From Malacoraja senta (lineage: Eukaryota): 64,000 bases of DNA. The number at the start of each line of letters is the position of its first letter. Position 1 is the stretch's first letter. This document shows, one piece after another, positions 1-10,840 of this stretch. Under the pieces are notes generated by a model. It ran no database searches and was not told where the DNA came from. It worked only from the letters and a program-made list of their open reading frames with translations. The DNA lies in assembly GCA_038087875.1 (NCBI GenBank), contig CM075991.1, forward strand, positions 2,852,001 through 2,916,000, in the 5' to 3' direction. The position numbers and the translations under genes are program-made.

Positions 1-841
1 ATAACAAGGGAGAAAATAAGTCCTCTTAAGGATCAATCTGGGTGTCTACATGTGGAGCTACAGATGAGTGAGTTGTTAAGTGAATATTTCTCCGCTGTAT
101 TTACCATGGATAACATCGTGGAGGCTGGGGAGTAAGGGAAATAAATAGTGATTTATTGGAGGAGGTGCTGGCAGTCTTTAAGCACATTAATGTGGCCTCA
201 TCAAGTGTATTCTAGGACTTTGTGGGAAGCCAAGGAAGAAACTGCATGGATGGTTAGGATGGCTTTGTGCATGGAAAATTGTAGCACACAAATTTAAATG
301 AGTTTTTAAAGAGGTGACCAAGAGAATTGACAAAGGCAAGACAGTGCATGTTTGCAAAGTCTTGACTAAGGTCATAAAAAATAGGAGTAGAATTAGGCCA
401 TTCAGCCCATCAAGTCTACTCCACCATTCAATCATGGCTGATCCATCTCTCCCTCCTAACCCCATTCTCCTGCCTTCTCCCCACAACCTATGACACCCGA
501 ACTAATCAAGAATTAAACTAGGTCCCGTATGGTAGGATAGTTTGGAAGTTTAGATCATATGGGGTCCAGGATGAATTGGCCAAATGACCATGTAAAATAG
601 ACTGTATAGAATATAGAATGGTACCGAACAGGAACATGCTCTTTGGCCCACAATGTCTGTACCAAACAGGATGCCAAATTGAACTGATATCTCTTGCCTG
701 CAAGTGATCCATATCCCTCCAAATCCATCCATATGCCTATCTAACAGTCTCTTAACAGGCACTATCCTATCTACCTCCACCACACCTCTGGCACCACATT
801 CCAGGCACCCACCCAAAACTTGCCCCAAACGACTCAGAAGG

Positions 842-1290
842 ATGTGAGGGAATCTTATTGAAACATATAAGATTATTAAGGGTTAGGACATGCTAGAGGC
901 AGGAAACATGTTCCCGATGTTGGGGGAGTCCAGAACCAGGGGCCACAGTTTAAGAATAAGGAGTAAGCCATTTGGAACGGAGACGAGGAAACACTTTTTC
1001 TCACAGAGAGTGGTGAGTCTGTGGAATTCTCTGCCTCAGAGGGCGGTGGCGGCAGGTTCTCTGGAAACTTTCAAGAGAGAGCTTGATAGGGCTCTTAAAG
1101 ATAGCGGAGTCAGGGGATATGGGGAGAAGGCAGGAACGGGGTACTGATTGTGGATGATCAGCCATGATCACATTGAATGGCGGTGCTGGCTCGAAGGGCC
1201 GAATGGCCTACTCCTGCACATATTTTGTATGTATGATCAGCCTTGATCACATTGAATGGCGGTGCCGAACTATTGTCCATTGTCTATTTC
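842..1290 (+). mobile_element. CR1 LINE 3' fragment
   Basis: ORF2 C-terminus (TRGHSLRI...FSQRVVSLWNSLP) plus the typical 3' UTR. Confidence 0.85.
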
Positions 1291-1887
1291 CTTTAAACTT
1301 TGCACCTCTCATCTTAAACCTATGACTGCTAGTATTTGAGATTTCCACCCTGTGATCAATATTCTGTCTCTCATAGTTTTATACACTTCTATCTGATCTC
1401 CCCTCAGCCTCAGATTCTTGAGTTGTTGCCCTGGAACAAAGGCGATTTGCCTGATGTTGGATAGAGCATGGTGGGTTTCGTTAGAGAGAAACTCTTAACA
1501 TGAAAGACCAGGAAAAAAACAGATTAAATGCAAAAGCAAAAGATAAAAGGCTTCAGGTCTGGTGAAGGGGTGGAGATAATGTGAGGATAAGCAGTTTCTT
1601 TAAAGATATAGAGTGGTCATGAATCGGGACCTGCACAGTTGTTGGAAATAGACCTACTGTAGATTCAATCAGGGCTCTCAGTAGGAAATTGGACAGGCTT
1701 GAGGGGCAGTAATTTGCAGGGTTATGAGCAAAGACCCACAGAATTTAATGGCATTTCCTGTAAGGAACCTGCATGGAATCCAAGGGACGAATTGCCTTCC
1801 TTTGTACGATACAATTTTATTATACAGCTTTGTACATGGTTACCACCAATTTTATTATATAGTCAAGGTGAATATCTGAAAATGTCG

Positions 1888-2097
1888 TGACCTGCGTGTT
1901 TTTTTTCCAAGATCTTCTTTCCTCCCACACTCCAAAGTACAGGTTTGTAGGTTAAATGGCTTGGTGAATGTGAAAATTGTCCCTTGTGGGTGTAGCATAG
2001 TGTTAATGTGCGGGGATCGCTGGTCGGCGCGGACCCGGTGGGCCGAAGGGCCTGTTTCCGTGCTGTATCTCTAAACTAAACTCAACTAAAACTTAAA
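1888..2097 (+). mobile_element. HE1-type V-SINE, 3' portion
   Basis: V-SINE body, CR1-like tail GGGCCGAAGGGCCTGTTTCCGTGCTGTATCTC and (CTAAA)n end. Confidence 0.65.
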
Positions 2098-2155
2098 TAA
2101 GAGTGTTCACTGGTAGACTATGGCCTTGTGGCATGATGTCTAGGTCTGAAGCTGA

Positions 2156-4225
2156 AAAGAGTAAATCAGGGAAGGTAGTGCATCCGTGGATAACAAGGGA
2201 AATCAGGGATAGTATCAAAACAAAAGAGGAAGCCTACAAATTAGCCAGAACAAGCAGCCTACCAGAGGACTGGGAGAAATTCAGAGTCCAGCAGAGGAGG
2301 ACAAAAGGCTTAATTAGGAAAGGGAAAATAGATTATGAAAGAAAACTGGCAGGGAACATAAAAACTGACTGCAAAAGTTTTTATAGATATGTCAAGAGGA
2401 AAAGATTAGTTATAACAAATGTAGGTCCCTTGCAGTCAGAAACAAGCGAATTGATCATGGGGAACAAGGACATGGCAGACCAATTGAATAATTACTTTGG
2501 TTCTGTCTTCACTAAGGAAGACATAAATAATCTGCCGGAAATAGCAAGGGCCCGGGGGTCAAATGAGATGGAGGAACTGAGTGAAATCCAGGTTAGCCGG
2601 GAAGTGGTGTTAGGTAAATTGAATGGATTAAAGGCCGATAAATCCCCAGGGCCGGATAAGTTGCATCCCAGAGTACTTAAGGAAGTAGCCGCAGAAATAG
2701 TGGATGCATTAGTGATAACTTTTCAAAACTCTTTAGATTCTGGAGTAATTCCTGAGGACTGGAGGGTAGCTAATGTAACCCCACTTTTTATAAAGGGAGG
2801 GAGAGAGAAAACATGGAATTACAGACCAGGTAGTCTAACATCAGTGGTGGGGAAAATTCTGGAGTCAGTTATTAAAGATGGGATAGCAGCACATTTGGAA
2901 AGTGGTGAGTTCATTGGACAAAGTCAGCATGGATTTATGGAAGGTAAATCATGTCTGACGAATCTTATAGAATTTTTCGAGGATGTAACTAGTAGAGTGG
3001 ATAAGGGAGAACCAGTGGATGTGTTATATCTGGACATTCAGAAGGTTTTCGACAAGGTCCCACATAAGAGATTAGCATACAAACTTAAAGCACATGGTAT
3101 TGGGGGTTCAGTATTGATGTGGATAGAGAACTGGCTGGCAGTCAGGAAGCAAAGAGTAGGAGTAAACGGGTCCTTTTCAGAATGGCAGGCAGTGACTAGT
3201 GGGGTACCGCAAGGCTCAGTGCTGGGACCCCAGCTATTTACAATATATTAATGATCTGGATGAGGGAATTGAATGCAACATCTCCAAGTTTGCGGATGAC
3301 ACGAAGCTGGGGGGCAGTGTTAGCTGTGAGGAGGATGCTAGGAGGCTGCAAGGTGACTTGGATATGTTGGGTGAGTGGGCAAAGGCATGGCAGATGCAGT
3401 ATAATGTGGATAAATGTGAGGTTATCCACTTTGGTGGGAAAAACAGGAAAGTAGACTATTATCTGAATGGTGGCCGATTAGGAAAAGGGGAGATGCAACG
3501 AGACCTGGATGTCATGGTGCACCAGTCATTGAAAGTAGGAATGCAGGTGCAGCAGGCAGTGAAGAAAGCAAATGGTATGTTAGCATTCAGAGCAAAAGGA
3601 TTTGAGTATAAGAGCAGGGAGGTTCTACTGCAGTTGTACAGGGTCTTGGTGAGACCACATCTGGAGTATTGCGTACAGTTTTAGTCTCCTAATCTGAGGA
3701 AAGACATTCTTGCCATAGAGGGAGTACAGAGAAGGTTCACCAGACTGATTCCTGGATGGCAGGACTTTCATATGAGGAAAGACTGGATAGACTCGGCTTG
3801 TACACGTTGGAATTCAGAAGACTGAGGGGGGATCTTATAGAAACTTACAAAATTCTTAAGGGGTTGGACAGGCTAGATGCAGGAAGATTATTCCCGATGT
3901 TGGGGAAGTCCCAGAACTAGGGGTCACAGTTTAAGGATAAGAGGGAAGAATTTTAGGACCGAGATGAGGAAATCATTTTTTACACAGAGAGTGGTGAATC
4001 TGTGGAATTCTCTGGCACAGAAGGTAGTTGAGGCCAGTTCATTGGCTATGTTTAAGAGGGAGTTAGATGTGGCCCTTGTGGCTTAGGGATCAGGGGGTTT
4101 GGAGAGAAGGCAGGGATGGGATACTGAGTTGGATGATCAGCCATGATCATATCAAATGGCGGTGCAGGGCTGAAGGGCCGAATGGCCTACTCCTGCACCT
4201 ATTGTCTATGTTTCTATGTTTCTAT
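2156..4225 (+). mobile_element. 5'-truncated CR1 LINE with a disrupted ORF2 reverse transcriptase
   Basis: QHGF, GVPQGSVLGP and FADD motifs; frameshift near 3245 and stop at 3682-3684; (TTTCTATG)n tail. Confidence 0.95.
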
Positions 4226-5502
4226 ATGTTCCCTGAAAGATAGACACAAAATGCTGGAGTAACTCAGCGGGTCAGGCAGCATCTCTGGAGAGAAAGAATG
4301 GGTGCTATTTCGGGTCAAGACCCCTCTTCAGACCCGACCTGAAACGTCACCCATTCCTTCTCTTGAGAGATGCTGTCTGTCCTGCTGATTTACTCCAGCT
4401 TGTTGTGTCTACCTTTGGTTTAAACCAGCATCTGCAGTTCCTTCCTAGACATGTCCCCTGAAAGATATTGCTCAGGTATTTCGTGTGGGGAAGTGGTCTA
4501 AGTAGGTACCGGGAGTGTACATATGTTAAATCCAGTTAACAGACATTGTCATGAGTTGCAACCTTACTAATGCTGAGTCCATTTTGTCTTTCAACATAAT
4601 TGCTTTCTAGGCACGCATTTGTTTTCTATAATATATATTTGACACATTGAAATATCACTGCCCAAAGTACACTTAAAGTATGAAAATACAGCACTAAATT
4701 CAACAATCAACATTGTAGTGTAATGTTGATTAGGCTCCCAGTATAAAACACAATCAGAGATATAATTGCAGAGGTTAGTGTGTCCAATTCAATATGCTCT
4801 TGCACTCTTGATTTTATTCTGGTGATATTTGATGACAAGACAAATTTGAAGTTACGAGGTTGAACTATTTTATGTGCTTCCAGTGCTTCTGTGAAAACAT
4901 TATTAATCCTCTTTATTAATCTTCAATATCTTGTTGAAAGACTGCTCCCTGTATGTTTATTACTACAGTTGTCTCACCCAGGTCACGTTGATAGGTGAAG
5001 CCAATAGGTTTTTGGTACAGCGTGCGAAATCTCAGGGTAACACGAGAGTACCCAGATTTACATTGATTTCCACTCGCAAGTCTCGCTATTTACCAAGAGG
5101 ATGTGAAATCACCAGCTCGGGCCTGCATGGTTTAATAAAGCACATAAGCTGGAGTGCAGGACTCCAGGATGGCATCTAGTTTCAAATCAGTGGTCACTGA
5201 TTCACGTAAAACCTCTGCAGGCGCTGTTTTAGGCGCAGTTTGCTGTGCGCCAACATCCTCACTAACTCTGCACGACAATATCCGTGCCGTCATGACGAGG
5301 TACAAAAATGCACGGATGTATCCGATGCGATTTTGGAACCAAAGTAACATCTAAAGGTTTTGTCACATTTGCACACAACTTCGCTATACCTGATGTGGAA
5401 ATGAAAATGCAGCACATAATCCCAGCACAGTCATCCTACCATCATGAGCATTTATTTCACATCTCCAACATCGCCATCCCCCTAAACAAGCACTTACTAG
5501 GG

Positions 5503-5780
5503 ATAGACATGAAAAGCTGGAGTAACTCAGTGGGACAGGCCGCATCTCTGGAGTGAAGCAATGGGTGACGTTTCGGGTCGAGACCCTTATTCAGTCTTCA
5601 GACTGAAGAAGGGTCTCGTCCCGAAACATCACCCATTCCTTCTTCATTCTGAAGAAGGATCTCGACCCAATACGTCACCTATTCCTTCTCTCCAGAGATG
5701 CTGCCTGTCCCGCTGAGTTACTCCAGCTTTTTGTGTCTATCTTCGGTTTAAAGCAGCATCTGCAGTTCCTTCCTGCACAC
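5503..5780. mobile_element. Penelope-like element terminal-repeat fold-back with hammerhead-like motifs. Similar units at about 4241-4450, 13080-13250, 16145-16361, 19128-19325, 20360-20555, 30280-30510 and 33168-33370.
   Basis: Inverted pair of the ~90-bp unit GCTGGAGTAACTCAGCGGG...GGGTCGAGACCCTTCTTCAG / CTGAAGAAGGGTCTCGACCCGAAACGTC...GAGTTACTCCAGC. The same unit follows GIY-YIG-type tails elsewhere in the window. Confidence 0.7.
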
Positions 5781-5784
5781 TTAC

Positions 5785-6018
5785 TGGGGATGCAGCTTGT
5801 AAACTGATCCATCAATTCCAACTGTGATGCTCATCGTTCCTTTGCATTTGTTCTCCCACATCCGATTTATAACGCCCGCCAATCCTGCGGCACAGATATG
5901 CGCTGCTCGCGTCGACACACTCTTGCATGCCAAATGGACAATATCGCAATCGACTTGGGATGGCATCACACCTAATGTGTTCAAAATATTACAGATTTGC
6001 TTCTGGTCAGCTGCGTCA
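5785..6018 (-). CDS. GCK: Glucokinase exon 9 (234 nt)
   Basis: AAG|T GAC...[88 protein letters not shown]. Confidence 0.96.
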
Positions 6019-7254
6019 CTTAAATAAAAGAAGAAAGATTATGAAAATAGTAAATTGTCTTAAACAGGGTGGTACATAACATTTAACTAACATAGGTGGT
6101 GCATTTTTAAAGGAAAATACCACGCTAACTTCACAAAAACGCAGTCATTCTTGCCATAACTTGACCCGAGGCTCGTGTCTGGCAGATCCAGATCTTAGGC
6201 ACAGGTTTCCACAGCTAAACATTCAACTGGAGCACAACAAGGTGGCGATATTTTCAAATGTTGATATCAATAGCAACCAAAGACAAAGTTAAACTGATTC
6301 TGTGGAAATGGAACAGTTGATAACTGTGTTTTAATGCATAATTAACTGGACTCATGGGTAACAGATCTAGCATCAAGCTCAAGCGGCAGCAGATGCTAGA
6401 ATCTGGGGCAAAAACCAAATTGATGGAGGAACTCAGCTGGTCAAGCAGCATCTGCGGGGGCAGAGGAAATGTGAGCACGCAGAAGAACTGAGAATGGAGA
6501 GGAAGGATTACCAATATAAAGAGAGGGGGAGGGGGATTAGACAGACCTGTAACTGATAGGTGGACCAAGTGGAATAAGCCAGGCGGAGTGGGTAGGTAGA
6601 GGCAGGTGGGTGATAGGTGGAAACAACTAAGGGGAAACAAAGCCAAATGGCACCAGGCTGGGGGGGGGGGGGGGGGTAGAGGGGTGGGTGAATAGAGAGA
6701 CAGTAGCTGAACATTGATAAGGAAGGTGATAATGGAAACTATTAGGGGAAAGATGCAAGTCTAAAGGAATCAAGGGTAGTGGGGAAAAAGTAGGAATGGG
6801 GGTACTGCTTTTAGATGATCAGCCATTATCATATTGAATAGCGGTGCTGGCTCGAAGGGCCGAATGGCCTACTCCTGCACCTATTTTTCTATGTTTCTAT
6901 GTTTCTAAGTCAGATAGAACCACCTGTGAGCCAGTAGATGCAGTGGGTGGCTGGAATCGGCAGGGGGGTGGGTGATGGGGACCAGGAAAGGGGTTTAATG
7001 AGAAAGGGAATTTCGTCACCTTGTCTTCAACTTATTGGGTGGAAGAAATAGGAAAATTTGAGAAAAATACAATATTCCAATTGCGGTCTAACCAATTTCC
7101 TATAGAGCTGCATCGTGACTTCCTAACTCTTATATTTAATGCCCCTAGCAATGAAGGCAAGCCTACCATATGCCTTGTTAACCACCCTATCTACATGTGC
7201 TGTTAACTTCAGGGAACTATGAACTTCGACTCCAAGGTCCCTCTGTACATCAAT

Positions 7255-7875
7255 GCTGAGTATAGGAGCAAAGAGGTCCTTCTGCAGTTGTACAGGGCCC
7301 TAGTGAGACCACACCTGGAGTATTGTGTGCAGTTTTGGTCTCCAAATTTGAGGAAGGACATTCTTGCTATTGAGGGAGTGCAGCGCAGGTTCACAAGGTT
7401 AATTCCAGGGATGGCGGGACTGTCATATGCCGAGAGAATGGAGCGGCTGGGCTTGTATACTCTGGAATTTAGAAGGATGAGAGGTGATCTTATTGAAACA
7501 TATAAGATTATTAAGGGTTTGGACACGCTAGAGGCAGGAAACATGTTCCCGATGTTGGGGGAGTCCAGAACCAGGGGCGACAGTTTAAGAATAAGGGGTA
7601 AGCTGTTTAGAATGGAGATGAGGAAACACTTTTTCACACAGAGAGTTGTGAGTCGGTAAAATTCTCTGCCTCAGAGGGCGGTGGAGGCCGGTTCTTTGGA
7701 GACTTTCAAGAGAGAGTGAGATAGGGCTTTTGAAGATAGCGGAGTCAGAGGATATGGGGAGAAGGCAGGAACGGGGTACTGATTGTGGAGGATCAGCCAT
7801 GATCATATTGAATGGCGGTGCTGGCTTGAAGGGCCGTAAGGCCTACTCCTGCACCTATTGCCTGTTGTCTATTGT
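7255..7875 (+). mobile_element. CR1 LINE 3' fragment
   Basis: [19 protein letters not shown]...QRRFTRLIPG ORF2 C-terminus plus 3' UTR. Confidence 0.9.
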
Positions 7876-10179
7876 AAAGGGTCTTGCAATTAACTGTATC
7901 CTTATGTTCAACCTCCCGAAGTGCAGTCCTCCTTGTAAATGATGAAAGGCCTGCTGTTTTCTGGCATTTAACTGGTTTTGATGCTAAAGTGAAGCGTATA
8001 GAACAGTACAGCACAGGAACAGGTAATTCAGCCCATGATGTCTCAGGCAAACAGGATGCCAAATTAACCTACTTGTTTCTTCCTGCACATGAACCATATC
8101 CCAACAGTGCCTTGATCTTCATATGTCTATCTAAACACCTCTTAAATCCCACAATTGTAGCTGCCTCCACCACCACTCCTGGCAGCGCATTCCGGGCGCC
8201 TAAAATACTTGTCCCACACATCTCCTTTAAACTTTCCCCCCTCTAACCTTGAAGCTATGCTGCCTACTATTTGACATTAACACCCTGCCCAAAAGTGTCC
8301 GCCTGTGAACCTTAACTGTGCCTCTTATTATTTTATAAACATATCAGCCTCCAATGCTCTAGAGAAAACTATCCAAGTTCATCCAATCTCTCCTTATCGC
8401 TAATTACTGCCTAACGGAGGCAGCAATCTGGTAAACCACTTCTGTACCCTCTCCAAAGCTGCCTCGTCCGTCCGCCAGAACTGTACATAAAACTCCAAAA
8501 GACCCAACCAAAGTTTTATAAAGCCGCAATATGACTTTCTGACTGTTTTCTCAATGCCTGGGCGATCAAACCGAAATCTTTACCACTCTATCTTCTTGTG
8601 TTGCCACTTCCCGGGAACAATGGGCTTGCATCCATGACCCCTCTGTACATCAATGGTGATAGGAGTCCTGCCATTTATTGAATACTTTCCCCTTAACTAA
8701 ACAAACACATTTTCTCAGATTGAACTCTATCTGCCATTTCTCCTCTATTTGTAACTGATCTATATATATCCTGCTGCATCCTTTGATGGCCTTCTTCGTA
8801 GACTGCAACTCCACCAAATTTTGTGTTGTCTACAGCCAACCAATCTGCATTTCATAAAAGTCATTTGTCTATATATAATGAGCAAGAGGTCCTACCAATT
8901 ACACATGTGGAAAACCACTGGTCTCAGACCTCCGGCCAGAAGAACACCCTTCCATCACTACCCTTTAGCTTCTATGGGTAAGTCAGTTCTGAATCCAAAC
9001 TACAAACTCACTTTGGATGCCATGCATCTTAATCTTCTTAATCAGCCTGCCATTGTAGTCCAGGCTATAACGTTGACTGCTCTCCCACTGATCTCATCCA
9101 TTCCCCAATGCTCACAACTCACATACTTTGAAACATATTAGTTTAAAATAAATTTAAAGTATCCTTAAGGTATAACGCAGAATGCAGACTATGAGCACGG
9201 GAAATAAAAATAGTCACGTTATATTTCACTATTTCACTGCCTCATATTTCACTTGGGCAGTTTACATCCGAGCGGTATGAACATTGACTTCTCCAATTTC
9301 AGGTAGTCCCTGCATTCTCCTCCCCTTCCCAGCTCTCTGTCACCCCACTGTCCCCGCCTCTTCCTTTCTTCTTCCTGCCCCCCCCCCCCCCACCCTCACA
9401 TCAGTCTGAAGAAGGGTCTCGACCCGAAACGTCGCCTATTTCCTTCGCTCCATAGATGCTGCCTCACCCGCTGAGTTTCTCCAGCATTTTTGTCCACCTT
9501 CCCTCTCCCCTCATCAATCACTTTTGTCACCTTCTCAAAAAGCTCAATCGTTTGCAAGTTCCTAATTAACCCATCGCCTTCCAATTAAAATAAATCTTAA
9601 CCTTAAGAATCCTCTCTAATAACTTCCCTATCACTGAGGTGAGGCTCTACTTTCCAGGATAATCCCTATTTCCATTCTTAAAGGAACAACAAGGATTATT
9701 TTCCAGACCACTCATGCAAAGGGGAGAATGCAAGAACCTCTTTAGAAGCCTGAGCAATCTCCTCTCCGCCCTCTCCCAATAACTCGGGATAGATCCCAAC
9801 AGGCCCTGGGGACATATCCACCTGAATGCTCTTCAAGAGATCCAATACCATCTCCATCTTGATTTCATCATGCCCTTGCATATTATATACCTCCCACTGA
9901 TCTCAGGCATTCCCCAATGCTCACAAATCACATTCTTTGAAATATTAGTTTAAATTTTTTTTAAGTATCCTTAAGGTATAACGCAGAATGCAGACATAAA
10001 AAGCAAACTATGAGCACGGGAAATAAAAATAGTCACGTTATAAAAGAGCAAGGCAGGATAGAGGTGTTATTCGATTATCTCTGTACTTCCAGTGCTTTGT
10101 GTTTTCAACTGGGTACAAGAGGAGAGTGGAAAGTCACACCTCTTGAATCCTGTACACAAACAGTTAAGGTGATCTGTAC

Positions 10180-10335
10180 CTTTCTATGTGCGAGAGGAAT
10201 CTTGTTTCAAAGCTCCCTTGAGTTTTCAGCTGCTCAGATGCCTCTCCATTGAAGAGCAGGTTTTGATTTACCAGTTTCAGTAGCACAAGCCGTGTAAGCT
10301 CGCCCATATATTTCCCACCAACAATCTTCTCAAAT
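10180..10335 (-). CDS. GCK: Glucokinase exon 8 (156 nt)
   Basis: TAG|A TTT GAG...[62 protein letters not shown](S). Confidence 0.96.
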
Positions 10336-10522
10336 CTAATTAAGATAAAAAGGACACATTTAATCATATGCAGTAAATATTATGTCCTTTCCAGGCTCCA
10401 AATAGCAGCTTAAAGTATTTCTTTCAGAAAAGAGCCAAGCAATAATTTAATAAAAGTCCTATTGAATTACCCTGATAATTCCCCTTTCTCTTACATTTTA
10501 TACTAAAATTTTCATTTGTTAA

Positions 10523-10840
10523 GGGCCCGTCCCACTGTACGAGGTAATTCAACAGTTTTCCCGAGTTTTCCCCTGATTCGAACTCGGAGAATGTCCGTAG
10601 CGGCTCGTACGAATAACGGTAGGTACTCGCGAAATCCGGTAAACTCGTGACGTTTTTTCACCACTGAAAAATGTCCACGAGTAAAAAAATACTCGAGATG
10701 AAAAAAATGAGTATTTACTCCTATGAGCCGCTACAGGACACCCACGGACTCCTACAGACCCGCTACGGACATTCTCCGAGTTCGAATCAGGGGAAAACTC
10801 GGGAGAACGCTTGAATTACCTCGTACAGTGGGACAGGCCC
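10523..10840. mobile_element. MITE (PIF/Harbinger- or Kolobok-like) with long TIRs. Relatives at 14785-15160, 34033-34301 and a partial copy from 11647.
   Basis: TTAA|GGGCCCGTCCCACTGTACGAGGTAATTCAA...TTGAATTACCTCGTACAGTGGGACAGGCCC|TTAA; imperfect inverted repeats of ~80 bp. Confidence 0.85.

Noticed and set aside
4931..5179. Plus-strand ORF containing GCEIT, resembling GCK exon 10 (CEITF)
   Set aside because: Wrong strand, only a 4-residue match, and no EEGSG/GAAL motif
5132..5350. NRIGY in a minus-strand ORF, resembling VMAT TNRIGY
   Set aside because: Opposite strand to the VMAT exons, with no flanking similarity or matching splice sites
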